From: an uncultured Gammaproteobacteria bacterium
GTDB taxonomy: Bacteria; Pseudomonadota; Gammaproteobacteria; CAWJOP01
Reading direction: 5' to 3'
NCBI GenBank assembly: GCA_963844535.1
Contig: CAWJOP010000002.1
Span: 238,013-302,012 of the forward strand
DNA: 64,000 bases
The translations under genes and the position numbers were made by a program. Positions 20,696 to 31,270 of the stretch are shown one piece after another. The notes beneath the pieces are model-generated. The model worked only from the letters and a program-made list of their open reading frames with translations. It had not been told where the DNA came from and made no database searches. Numbering within the stretch: position 1 is the first letter of the stretch; the number at the start of each line of letters is the position of its first letter.

Positions 20696-20776
20696 ATTTC
20701 TATACTTGACGATATGAGTAATAATTATTGCATAAAACGTATCTGCTATAAAATTTTTTCAAGGGGAGTTTCTAAA

Positions 20777-21619
20777 GTGACGCAATTTTTTTATAAAACA
20801 TCAGTCTTTATTTTATTGTTTTTCGTTTCTAAGGTTTTGTTAGCAAGCCAGATTAATTTTTCGCAGATATTTGCTGGAAAATCAGCTTGTTTTATTTTGT
20901 TTGATCTGAATCAAAATAAATTGATTGAAAAATATAATCCTGATCGTTGTAGAGAACGTATTCCTCCTGATTCAACCTTTAAAGTTGCTTTATCTGTAAT
21001 GGCGTTTGATCAAAAATTGATTAATCAACAAACAGTGTTTAAATGGGATGGAAAAGATAAGGGGTTATTTAAAGTATGGAATCAAAATCAAACACCGAAA
21101 AGTTGGATTAAAAATTCAACTGTTTGGGTTTCACAAGTACTGACACCACAATTAGGAATGGAAAAAATTCAGCAGTATTTAAAAAAGTTTCATTATGGAA
21201 ATCAGGACTTTTCCGGTGACCCACATAAAGATAATGGTATAACCCAAGCCTGGATGTCTAGTAGTTTGCGGCTTTCTGGTGAGGAACAGTTTAATTTTAT
21301 TGAAGCATTAGTGAATGAGAAGTTGTCAGTTTCTTTATCGGCGATGAAAGATACCAAAGAAAATATGTATATTGAAACTTCACTACGTGGTTGGAAACTA
21401 TACGGAAAGAGCGGTTCGGGTGCGCAACAACGTTATAATCCTCATGCAAAATCAGGCGCACGTGATGGATGGTTTGTTGGGTTTATTGAAAAAGGTCAGC
21501 AGACTTATGTTTTTGTATTAAATTTTTCTGATCTTGATACACCTAATTCAACTGAGTTTGGTGGGTTATGGGCAAAGGGCGTAACTAAGTCGTTATTGAT
21601 GCAGGAAGGGCTGTTTTGA
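20777..21619 (+). CDS. Class D (OXA-type) beta-lactamase
   Basis: STFK, STV, YGN and KSG motifs; GTG start at 20777 after AGGGGAG RBS; signal peptide. Confidence 0.9.
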   Translation: MTQFFYKTSVFILLFFVSKVLLASQINFSQIFAGKSACFILFDLNQNKLIEKYNPDRCRERIPPDSTFKVALSVMAFDQKLINQQTVFKWDGKDKGLFKVWNQNQTPKSWIKNSTVWVSQVLTPQLGMEKIQQYLKKFHYGNQDFSGDPHKDNGITQAWMSSSLRLSGEEQFNFIEALVNEKLSVSLSAMKDTKENMYIETSLRGWKLYGKSGSGAQQRYNPHAKSGARDGWFVGFIEKGQQTYVFVLNFSDLDTPNSTEFGGLWAKGVTKSLLMQEGLF

Positions 21620-21623
21620 GAAG

Positions 21624-22376
21624 CTATTTTTCAAATAATGCCAAGCCATTAAGCACCAAAGAAGGTATTTCAATAAAACGATCAGCGTGATGAAAGCGAG
21701 ACATTAAACGATTGGCATCGCCGCCAGTAATAAATATTTTTAGTGTTAGATTAAATTTTTTTTCAATTTGTTCTAAAGTTGTTTCGATAAATGCTGCTGG
21801 CATCTGTAGGGTGCCAGCGCGCATGGCACCATCAGTATTAAAGCTGAGTAATTGATCTGAATCGATTTGATCAGGACTTAAACGACAGCCAGCGGTATAT
21901 TTCTCTAATGATAATCGCATAAGTTCAACACCAGGCGTAATTAAACCACCTAAATGTGAACCATTTTGGCACACATCTAAAGTAATTGCAGTGCCGCAGC
22001 CAATCAAAGCAAAGGGTGAGTGTTCAGTTTGGTGAAGTGCTAATAATGCTAGCCAACGATCAACTCCTAAAATGCTGTTTGTTATAAGAGGTTTAATTTT
22101 TGGCAGTGTCTGATTTTCCTGAATAAAGGTAGCCTCAATATTCCAATGTTCTTTAACTAAAGTTTTAATTTGTTCGCCAACTAAATCAGTGGCTACATTG
22201 GAAATTAATACATGGTTAGGTTTAGGGAGTGTATGCCACTGATCTAAAATAGTCGATTTAGGTAAGATATCCTGATAACTTTCTCGCCCTAATAATACAA
22301 TGGGTTTAGGTTGAGAAAAGCCCCATTTTATCGCTGTGTTGCCAATGTCAATTAAAAACGTTAAGTCATTTTTCAT
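21624..22376 (-). CDS. coaX: Type III pantothenate kinase
   Basis: IDIGNT, LGVDRW, GTAITLD, HLGGLITPG, TGGDA; follows birA. Confidence 0.93.
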   Translation of the reverse strand: MKNDLTFLIDIGNTAIKWGFSQPKPIVLLGRESYQDILPKSTILDQWHTLPKPNHVLISNVATDLVGEQIKTLVKEHWNIEATFIQENQTLPKIKPLITNSILGVDRWLALLALHQTEHSPFALIGCGTAITLDVCQNGSHLGGLITPGVELMRLSLEKYTAGCRLSPDQIDSDQLLSFNTDGAMRAGTLQMPAAFIETTLEQIEKKFNLTLKIFITGGDANRLMSRFHHADRFIEIPSLVLNGLALFEK

Positions 22377-23344
22377 TGAATTTCCGCACTGTTAAAATAA
22401 TGAAATCCTACTGTATCTTCTATAACCAAACGACCCGTTTCGTCTACTCCGCGCGCTATTCCTTTTATCGTTTCTCCATTAATCTGTAAAGTAATTGGCT
22501 GATTTAATCTGATATCTTTAGCAAGCCACATAGATCGAAATGCACTAAAGCCATTTTTCTCAAATAGCGGTAAAGCAGTTAATAAGTTTTTTAATAAGAG
22601 CGAAACAAGCTCTGAGCGATCAGGTAAAAAATTGACATTGCTTACTACATCAGTCCAGGGTTGATCAATATACCCGTCTTGAGTTAGAACTTTTGTTAAA
22701 AAAACATTCACACCAATACCGATGACAATTTTACTGGGTTGGGTGCGCTCATTAGTGGACTCAATTAAAATGCCAGCTATTTTTTGCTTTGGCTGAACAT
22801 ATATATCATTAGGCCATTTTAATCCAATATTTGCTATACCATAATTTTCTAGGGTGTGAGCAACAATTGCGCCTACCATTAAACTTAATCCTGTCAACTT
22901 TGCAAAATTTTGTTTAAACGGCCATAACACTGAGCAATATAAATTAGCAGCAAAAGGAGAAACCCAATTTTTCCCCTGACGGCCGCGACCTTGAGTTTGT
23001 TGTTCGGCTAAACAAATATGTATATACCTGTCGGACTTCAAGCTGCGAACTGATGCATCTGATTTTACATCGACCTTTAAATTATTTTGATTCGGAAAAT
23101 CCTCGAAATACAGGGAGTATTCCTTCGGTTTTTCCGAATCAAAATAATTTAAATCTCTCGTAAACTCAGCGCCTAATTTCGCAGCTTGAAGTCCGACAGG
23201 TATATGCTCAGTATTTTTTTGCAGGAGATAACTATTGGTTGAATCAATAATGGGTAGCACATTCAAGGTAAAGCATTCATTTTTGAGAATTTGCGTTAAC
23301 TGATGTTCAATATAGCTTGTATCAAGAAGTTTTAAATCGTGCAT
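22373..23344 (-). CDS. birA: Biotin-protein ligase lacking the N-terminal HTH, with a 60-aa in-frame palindromic insertion
   Basis: DSTN, AEQQTQGRGRQG, KWPND, KIAGILIE; insertion lies between DSTN and the AE-Q motif. Confidence 0.92.
   Translation of the reverse strand: MHDLKLLDTSYIEHQLTQILKNECFTLNVLPIIDSTNSYLLQKNTEHIPVGLQAAKLGAEFTRDLNYFDSEKPKEYSLYFEDFPNQNNLKVDVKSDASVRSLKSDRYIHICLAEQQTQGRGRQGKNWVSPFAANLYCSVLWPFKQNFAKLTGLSLMVGAIVAHTLENYGIANIGLKWPNDIYVQPKQKIAGILIESTNERTQPSKIVIGIGVNVFLTKVLTQDGYIDQPWTDVVSNVNFLPDRSELVSLLLKNLLTALPLFEKNGFSAFRSMWLAKDIRLNQPITLQINGETIKGIARGVDETGRLVIEDTVGFHYFNSAEIQ
23022..23205. mobile_element. RPE-like palindromic element inserted in frame in birA
   Basis: Perfect 28-bp inverted repeat ATATACCTGTCGGACTTCAAGCTGCGAA / TTCGCAGCTTGAAGTCCGACAGGTATAT; inner pair TTAAATTATTTTGATTCGGAAAA / TTTTCCGAATCAAAATAATTTAA. 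Confidence 0.92.
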
Positions 23345-23369
23345 GAGTATACTGCTCGCAATATGTCGT

Positions 23370-24281
23370 TTACACCCAATCTCTCGGTTTTAAAAATAGC
23401 TCATATAATTTTGCTTCCTCTGAGCCAGCTTGAGGTTTCCAGTTATAACGCCAAGAAACTTTAGGTGGCAATGACATTAAAATAGATTCAGTGCGTCCAC
23501 CTGATTGCAGACCAAATAAGGTTCCGCGGTCAAAGATTAAATTGAATTCAACGTAACGACCACGTCGATAATGTTGAAAATCAAGTTCTCGTGCGCCATA
23601 AGGATGATTTTTTCGCCGATGCAAAATAGGTTGGTAGGCCGCGATAAAATGATGCCCTACGCGTTTAATAAAATCAAAGCAAGCGTCAAATCCCCATTCA
23701 TTTAGATCGTCAAAAAAAATACCGCCAATTCCACGTGGCTCTTGTCGGTGCTTTAAGTAGAAATATTCATCGCATGCTTTTTTGAAATTTGGATAAACTT
23801 GATTGCCAAACGACTCACAAGCTACTTTGCTCATTTGATGCCAATGAATGCAGTCTTCTTCAAAACCATAATATGGTGTGAGATCAAAACCACCACCAAA
23901 CCACCAAACTGGCGGTTGCTCTTTCGGTTCAGAAATAAAAAATCGTACATTCATATGAGCAGTTGGCGCATAAGGATTACGCGGGTGAATTACAGTAGAG
24001 ACACCCATTGCTTGAAAAGGAGCGCCGATGAGGTTAGGTCGAATTAGAGAGGCAGCTTTTGGCAATTGACTGCCGATGATATGTGAAAAATTTACTCCTG
24101 CCTTTTCAATATGCTGACCTTCAGTGAGTATCTTGGTAATGCCGCCACCGTTTTCATTATGTTCCCAAATATCTTCAAGAAATTTAGCCTGTTCGTCTTC
24201 TTGTTCTAAGGCAGTGCAGAGAGTGGTTTGTAATGAAAGTAATGTGTTTTTTACTAGCAAAATATCAGGCGCATCGGTCAT
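23370..24281 (-). CDS. hemF: Oxygen-dependent coproporphyrinogen III oxidase
   Basis: [39 protein letters not shown]. Confidence 0.97.
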   Translation of the reverse strand: MTDAPDILLVKNTLLSLQTTLCTALEQEDEQAKFLEDIWEHNENGGGITKILTEGQHIEKAGVNFSHIIGSQLPKAASLIRPNLIGAPFQAMGVSTVIHPRNPYAPTAHMNVRFFISEPKEQPPVWWFGGGFDLTPYYGFEEDCIHWHQMSKVACESFGNQVYPNFKKACDEYFYLKHRQEPRGIGGIFFDDLNEWGFDACFDFIKRVGHHFIAAYQPILHRRKNHPYGARELDFQHYRRGRYVEFNLIFDRGTLFGLQSGGRTESILMSLPPKVSWRYNWKPQAGSEEAKLYELFLKPRDWV

Positions 24282-24772
24282 TGGAAATCTTTAGGAAATT
24301 CAAAAAATAATTTTTGGCTTTCAACTTTTGTTAATGATTTCCAAGAGTCTGTTTTAAAGCTTAAGGCATACACTCCACAAGTTGGCAAGCTAATATGTTC
24401 TTCGTTACCAAGATAAGCTGCCAGCCAACTTAAGCCTGGATCATGACCAATAAATAAAACACTTTTATGTTCTGGACTAATCTCTGCAATCACTTCAAGT
24501 AACGTTTCAACGCCTGCTTCATAAATACGGGGGTCACTACTGATTTTTTTTGTCGGAATATGAATAGTTTCGGCAATGATGTCTGCCGTAGTAATGGCTC
24601 TTTTAGCTGGGCTCGAGAGGATGAGATCAAATTCTAAAGCATTACTTTGAAAAAACTCAGCAATTAAATGAGTATCTTTTTTACCATGTTTGTTTAATGG
24701 GCGATCAAAATCTGCAAGTTCAGGATTATCCCAACTTGATTTGGCATGACGCATTAAATAAAGTTTTTTCAT
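24278..24772 (-). CDS. sixA: Phosphohistidine phosphatase SixA family
   Basis: [19 protein letters not shown]. Confidence 0.85.
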   Translation of the reverse strand: MKKLYLMRHAKSSWDNPELADFDRPLNKHGKKDTHLIAEFFQSNALEFDLILSSPAKRAITTADIIAETIHIPTKKISSDPRIYEAGVETLLEVIAEISPEHKSVLFIGHDPGLSWLAAYLGNEEHISLPTCGVYALSFKTDSWKSLTKVESQKLFFEFPKDFQ

Positions 24773-24786
24773 AGTGTAAACAAGCT

Positions 24787-26083
<1,297 letters not shown>

Positions 26084-26094
26084 AGGAGCTTACT

Positions 26095-26979
26095 TTGAAG
26101 GCTAAAGGCGTTATTTATATCGTTGCGACTCCTATCGGTAATCTGGAAGATATTACTATTCGGGCAATTCGCATTTTAAAGGAAGTTCATTTTATCGCAG
26201 CTGAAGATACTAGACATAGTCAAAAACTACTTAAATCTTTGCATATTTCAACGCCCTTGATTGCATTGCATGATTTTAATGAAAAACAACGCACAGCCAG
26301 TTTGTTAAAAAAAGTACAAGAAGGCGCTGCTATTGCATTGATTGCTGATGCAGGTACTCCTTTGATTAGTGATCCTGGTTATACGTTGGTTCAAAAGGCG
26401 CATGAACAAAACATTACGGTGATTCCTATTCCAGGACCTTGTGCTGCTATTACTGCTCTTTGCGCATCAGGGCTACCAACTGATCGATTTGTTTTTGAAG
26501 GATTTTTACCAGTGAAATCGCAAGCCAGGCAAGATCGGCTGAAAATATTGAGTGAAGAGCTGCGTACTATCATTCTTTATGAAGCACCGCATCGTATTCT
26601 TGAGTTGATTGAAGATTTGCATAGGATTTTTGGTGGTTCGCGTTTGGTGACATTGGCAAAGGAATTAACTAAAACTTTTGAGACAATTTATTGTGCAAAT
26701 TTAACGGATTTAAAAGAATGGTTAATTGCTGATCCTGTTCGTCAAAGAGGTGAATTTGTTTTAATTGTTAAGGGGCAATCAGAGCCAAAATCAGCTTTAA
26801 ATTTGGCTGAGGACACCGTATTGGCAGTTTTGCAGGCAGAATTGCCGCTTAAGCAAGCTGTTTCGTTGACTGCGAAAATTTTAGGTCAAAAGAAAAATGC
26901 AATTTACAAAAAAGCTTTGGCAAATGATTTAAGCCATGACATGGCAATCGTGTCAAAATTGAAGCGAAGTAAAAGTTAA
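26095..26979 (+). CDS. rsmI: 16S rRNA C1402 2'-O-methyltransferase; last 13 aa supplied by an inserted repeat
   Basis: VATPIGNLED, AEDTRH, DAGTPLISDPG, YEAPHR, KELTK, GEFVL. Confidence 0.95.
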   Translation: MKAKGVIYIVATPIGNLEDITIRAIRILKEVHFIAAEDTRHSQKLLKSLHISTPLIALHDFNEKQRTASLLKKVQEGAAIALIADAGTPLISDPGYTLVQKAHEQNITVIPIPGPCAAITALCASGLPTDRFVFEGFLPVKSQARQDRLKILSEELRTIILYEAPHRILELIEDLHRIFGGSRLVTLAKELTKTFETIYCANLTDLKEWLIADPVRQRGEFVLIVKGQSEPKSALNLAEDTVLAVLQAELPLKQAVSLTAKILGQKKNAIYKKALANDLSHDMAIVSKLKRSKS

Positions 26980-27284
26980 AACTAAGCGTCCCCTCTCCCA
27001 GCCCCAAAGCATAAAGAAATCTTCGAGTTTTATTCTGGGAGAGGGCCAGGGTGAGGGAAAGTGAATCAACTTCGCTATCTGTTTTGTTGCCGTTTTCCGC
27101 GGTTTTTTAGCAGAATTTATGCTTACATTGCCCTGTGGTTTTCCCTCACCCTGACCCTCTCCCAGAACCAGATCACAGCTCTTTTTAACATTCGGGCTGG
27201 GAGAGGGGACGCTTAGTTTTAACTTATACGTTTACGTTGCTTTCTCAAAAAATGCTTGAGTAAATCTCTGGCGCGATTGCTCTA
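26940..27284. mobile_element. Composite palindromic element with 10-bp target duplication, enclosing BoxC-like copy 2 (26973-27225)
   Basis: TAAGCCATGA at 26930-26939 and 27285-27294; outer imperfect IR GCAATCGTGTCA / TGGCGCGATTGC; inner element homologous to 16285-16538. Confidence 0.85.
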
Positions 27285-27345
27285 TAAGCCATGAAGACTA
27301 ACTTTAAAGTTGAAAAACATTGGCTAACGCATTATCTTTGTTAAT

Positions 27346-27704
27346 GGAGTTAGCTAAACAGTCGCTGTTTTTTATTAAACAGAGGAAAGTCCGGGCTCTA
27401 ACGGGCAACGTGCCAGGTAACGCCTGGGAGGCGCGAGCCTACGGAAAGTGCCACAGAAAATATACCGCCTAGGGTGCATACCTTAGGTAAGGGTGAAATG
27501 GTGCGGTAAGAGCGCACCGCGCTATTGGCAACAATAGTGGCAGGGTAAACCCCACGTGGAGCAAGACCAAATAGAGACCCATGCAGTGTAAGCTGTCAAC
27601 GTGTGGCCCACACGGGGTTTGGGTAGGTCGCTTAAGGGGTATGGTGACATACTTCTCAGATGAATGACTGTTCTTTGACAGAACCCGGCTTATCGGCTGG
27701 CTCC
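27346..27704 (+). ncRNA. rnpB: RNase P RNA, class A
   Basis: GAGGAAAGTCCGGGC, GGAAAGTGCCACAGAAA, GGTAAACCCCAC, ACAGAACCCGGCTTA; GGAG...CTCC terminal helix. Confidence 0.97.
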
Positions 27705-27743
27705 TTCTTTTATCTCTTTGATTTATCATTTTTCCGATGCAGC

Positions 27744-27828
27744 AAACGGGTCCTGTCGCCTGCGGCACCCCTATCATGCTCGCTACGCTGCGCGTGATGG
27801 GGGACCCGCCTCCGGCGCCACCCGTTCG
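27744..27828. repeat. GC-rich palindromic element downstream of rnpB
   Basis: AACGGGT...ACCCGTT outer pairing, inner CCCCTATCATGC / GCGTGATGGGG. Confidence 0.6.
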
Positions 27829-27853
27829 GTGTGCAGGTTTCTTTTAAAAAAAA

Positions 27854-28093
27854 TTGTAACACCCCAGGTAGTTCTATCGAGATAGCTATCAGCCGGTTAA
27901 TCTTTGTTGGGCAGGTTGTTTCGGGAAAGCCGCTCCTGCGATCAGAGATTACGTTCCCTGTAATCTATGTCCTCAACAACCTGCCCAACAAAGATTAACC
28001 TACCTTCCGTTGAAATTTTAGCTCAAAACAGGCGCAAGGACATTGCTTTGAACGGCTAAAAAACTATTTATCAAACTACCTGGGGTGTTACAA
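27854..28093. mobile_element. MITE-like element containing a nested second palindrome (27895-28000)
   Basis: Outer perfect 20-bp IR TTGTAACACCCCAGGTAGTT / AACTACCTGGGGTGTTACAA; inner perfect 26-bp IR GGTTAATCTTTGTTGGGCAGGTTGTT / AACAACCTGCCCAACAAAGATTAACC. Confidence 0.85.
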
Positions 28094-28130
28094 AAAATCG
28101 AAGAAAGTAGCTTTAATTACGAAATACTTT

Positions 28131-28541
28131 TTAACCACTTATGTCTAAATCTTTACGCATTGCTTCTAGCAAAGCATTCATTAGGGTTACGTGTTCTTCT
28201 TCTTTTTTGTAAAAAAATTCTTTACTTAATTGAACAATTTTGCTGTCCGCAATCAGTGCAACTTGTCGTTGAGCCGATACATATTTTTGTTTTGTTGCCT
28301 CAGAACTATCGGCCACAGCATCTTGATAAGCGGCAATTAAATTAGAATATTTTAATAACTTTACTTCAAATATAAGCTTCTTTTGCTCAAAATTTCTTCT
28401 AATCATTGTACTAACTATTGTACCTAATCCCAATCCCGTTAAAAATGAAACTAACACACTTATCCAATTACATATCACAATATCATCCTCCAAATGAATA
28501 ACCCTTATATTTTTACTTAAATATCTTAGGCTAGACAACAC
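28131..28541 (-). CDS. Hypothetical protein with one TM helix (start uncertain)
   Basis: AT-rich ORF, WISVLVSFLTGLGLGTIVS hydrophobic segment. Confidence 0.5.
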   Translation of the reverse strand: MLSSLRYLSKNIRVIHLEDDIVICNWISVLVSFLTGLGLGTIVSTMIRRNFEQKKLIFEVKLLKYSNLIAAYQDAVADSSEATKQKYVSAQRQVALIADSKIVQLSKEFFYKKEEEHVTLMNALLEAMRKDLDISG

Positions 28542-28728
28542 TACTCTATATTTAAAAAAATTTTTAACTACTTAACAGAAAAATTTAAAAGCAGATTTTT
28601 TATGACTTAATTTTTACACTTACGGGAGAAGATTGGGGGTGAGGGTGACCAAAAAGCAGTTGATCAAATTATCATGCTTATTTTTTTGGCATTGAATGGA
28701 TTTACTATTTAAATGCCACACTACAATG

Positions 28729-28887
28729 CCTACGTGCCGCGGCTTGTCCGCGGCATCCAGTCATCAATCTTGAATTAACGACAAATTTCTTCGTACAAAT
28801 CACACCATCGTGAATTTAGCTTCTCAATTAAATTGATTTTCCATTTCTTCAATTAATGGATGCCGCGGACAAGCCGCGGCACGTAGG
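28729..28887. repeat. GTAG-type REP doublet (REPIN-like)
   Basis: Same arms as 17989-18142; spacer also homologous (TCAATCTT.AATTAA...GTACAA.TCAC). Confidence 0.9.
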
Positions 28888-29049
28888 TAGTGTGTCAATG
28901 AGCTTTTTCCAACTTATATATAAGTCTATGCACTTGTTGCGGGCAATGGGGGTGTAAAAATTCTGTACACTTTTAATTTGTACTTCAAATTTATTCATGT
29001 TAAAAACAATATAATTTGGCAAAAAATAACTTAACCTAACTGGTATAAT

Positions 29050-29913
29050 ATGATTCTTAAAACCGCTAGTTTGCCGCCCAATATTTTAAATATTATTCGT
29101 GATAAGGGTACGGAAATGCCCTTTAGTGGCGAATATGATGAATTTGAGGGAAGTGGTAGCTATTTATGTCGTCAGTGTGGATTGGCGTTATTTCGTTCAC
29201 AAACTAAGTTTCCTTCTGGTTGCGGTTGGCCAAGTTTTGATGAAGAGATTGTTGGTACAGTCAGTCAATATTCTGATGCCGACGGGCAGCGTACTGAAGT
29301 GGTATGTCATCGTTGTCATGCGCATTTAGGCCATGTTTTTCAAGGCGAGGGGTTTACTGCTAAAAATATTCGCCACTGTATTAATTCATTAAGTCTTGAT
29401 TTTGTTACTGACCTCACCATTAAAGATAGCGAAGAGGCGATATTTGCTGCGGGTTGTTTTTGGGGCGTTGAGTATTATTTTAAAAAGTTGCCTGGAGTGG
29501 TTAAAGCTGAAGTGGGGTACACGGGTGGGCATAAACCTTATCCTTCTTATGAAGAAGTTTGCAGAGGGAATACTGGTCATATCGAGGCAATTCGTGTTTT
29601 GTATGATCCAGAGCGGCTAAATTATGAACAGCTTACAAAATATTTTTTTGAGATTCATGATCCTACACAGGAAAATGGCCAAGGTCCTGATATTGGTGAA
29701 CAATATCTGAGTAGAATTTTTTACTACAATGAAGAACAAAAATCTGTTGCTGAATTATTAATTCAACAACTTAAGCAGCAAGATTATTCGGTGGTGACTA
29801 AGCTATTGCCTGTAAATATTTTTTGGCGCGCAGAAAATTATCATCAAGATTATTATCAGAAAACTGGCAAACAGCCTTACTGTCATTTTTATGTGAGGCG
29901 GTTTAAAGGGTAG
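29050..29913 (+). CDS. Bifunctional methionine sulfoxide reductase MsrB-MsrA
   Basis: MsrB: GCGWPSF, HLGHVF, RHCINS; MsrA: AAGCFWG, AENYHQDY. Confidence 0.95.
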   Translation: MILKTASLPPNILNIIRDKGTEMPFSGEYDEFEGSGSYLCRQCGLALFRSQTKFPSGCGWPSFDEEIVGTVSQYSDADGQRTEVVCHRCHAHLGHVFQGEGFTAKNIRHCINSLSLDFVTDLTIKDSEEAIFAAGCFWGVEYYFKKLPGVVKAEVGYTGGHKPYPSYEEVCRGNTGHIEAIRVLYDPERLNYEQLTKYFFEIHDPTQENGQGPDIGEQYLSRIFYYNEEQKSVAELLIQQLKQQDYSVVTKLLPVNIFWRAENYHQDYYQKTGKQPYCHFYVRRFKG

Positions 29914-29943
29914 AGTTTCTTCAGAATCTGTACCATTCGTATT

Positions 29944-30070
29944 CCCCCCGTGAGGCCGTCATTGCGAAGCTTGCGTTGTTTGCAAGCTGAAGCAATCCAG
30001 CAAAGAAATTTAAGCATTTTTACTGGATTGCCACGCGCAACGGAGCGAGCAATGACGGCCTCACGGGGGA
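29944..30070. repeat. CGTC-type REP doublet
   Basis: CCCCCGTGAGGCCGTCATTGC ... GCAATGACGGCCTCACGGGGG; inner GCAATCCAG / CTGGATTGC. Confidence 0.9.
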
Positions 30071-30170
30071 AGCGGAGCTTTTACTAATTCTAAGTCTAAG
30101 TCATTAATAGCTATGCTAAGCATAGATCATATTTTAACTTAAATAATGCTCAGAGCAGTGCAACTAACTT

Positions 30171-30214
30171 TTGACAAAAATGATTTTTTTCTCTATTATG
30201 TACGCAAGAGTACT
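30171..30214 (+). promoter_or_regulatory. Sigma70 promoter of the antitoxin-like gene with a possible operator
   Basis: TTGACA(30171)-17bp-TATTAT(30194), followed by GTACGCAAGAGTAC. Confidence 0.6.
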
Positions 30215-30232
30215 CAAATATGAGGACAGATC

Positions 30233-30508
30233 GTGAGGGAACCCAAAGTCTTAAGAGTCGGTATGCGCGAATTTCGGGCACATTTACAACACTATATGCA
30301 TGCTGCTTTGCCAGTTGCTGTCACGCGGCACGGGGAAACAGTAGGCTTTTATATTCCTACACGCCATCACCCTGATAAAGCGGAACTCGATGCATTAAAA
30401 CAAGCCGCCTTAAAGCTTGAATCAATGTTGATTTCTCATGGTGTAACTGAAGAAGATTTACTCTCGGAATTTCGTACACTTAAAAAACGGGTAAAACAAA
30501 AAAAATAA
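30233..30508 (+). CDS. Phd/YefM-like antitoxin (no adjacent toxin)
   Basis: VGMREFRAHL..Y, PVAVTRHGETVGFYIP. Confidence 0.75.
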   Translation: MREPKVLRVGMREFRAHLQHYMHAALPVAVTRHGETVGFYIPTRHHPDKAELDALKQAALKLESMLISHGVTEEDLLSEFRTLKKRVKQKK

Positions 30509-30512
30509 TAGA

Positions 30513-31256
30513 CTATCCTTTATAAGCCCGAATCAGCAAAAGTGCTGGTCTGATTTTATGAATAGCGAATTCAGGTTTTTGTGCAATTAATTCATCAGAT
30601 GGCATTGGTTCTGATAATTTTTGGATTGTAAATCCACATTCAATTAAGCGATTAATGTAAGTTTCAATAGTGCGGTGATATTTAATTACATTATCAACAA
30701 ACCATGTTTGGGAGAATTGTCCCTCATCACGATAATTATCTATTGGCCAGATAATAGTTTCGTTTTCGTTTTTTATGAGCTCACAGTTAGGGTGCGCGGT
30801 ACACATTGGATGTTCTACTGAAAAAATTAAATATCCATCGGATTTTAACCACGAGTATATTTTTTTACTGATTGCTTGATAGTCAGCAATGTAGTGTAAA
30901 GCGAGAGAGCTAATTACTAAGTCTATAGTAGCATCAGGAGCGCTGAAATCTTCAATTGCACATTTTCTGTATTGAATTGCTTCATCATTTGTTTCATGTT
31001 GAGCAATTGCTAACATTTTTTCTGAAACATCAACGCCTAGTACTGAGCTAGCGCCTTGCTGGCGAAGATAACGACAAAAATTGCCAAACCCACAACCTAA
31101 GTCAATAATTTTTCTTCCAGTGATGTTAGGTAAAAGTGAACGAATTGCGGGTTGTTCAATCAGCGCATTAAATCCTTGTTCTCCTTTTCTTAATGCTCGG
31201 TAGCCTTGGAAGAATTCAGGATTATCATAAATATTTTGCGGGAGTTTTTTTGTCAT
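30513..31256 (-). CDS. Class I SAM-dependent methyltransferase
   Basis: IIDLGCGFG, SSLALHY, FSVEHP. Confidence 0.9.
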   Translation of the reverse strand: MTKKLPQNIYDNPEFFQGYRALRKGEQGFNALIEQPAIRSLLPNITGRKIIDLGCGFGNFCRYLRQQGASSVLGVDVSEKMLAIAQHETNDEAIQYRKCAIEDFSAPDATIDLVISSLALHYIADYQAISKKIYSWLKSDGYLIFSVEHPMCTAHPNCELIKNENETIIWPIDNYRDEGQFSQTWFVDNVIKYHRTIETYINRLIECGFTIQKLSEPMPSDELIAQKPEFAIHKIRPALLLIRAYKG

Positions 31257-31270
31257 AATAGTGGCTCTGT

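Noticed and set aside
20630-20776. N-terminal extension of the OXA gene
   Set aside because: Overlaps the HicA-like gene; the RBS and signal peptide fit GTG 20777
23022-23205. Intein or self-splicing intron in birA
   Set aside because: No Cys/Ser start or His-Asn end and no group I/II motifs; the DNA-level palindrome explains it
27469-27777. 102-aa minus-strand ORF
   Set aside because: Antisense to RNase P RNA; a shadow ORF
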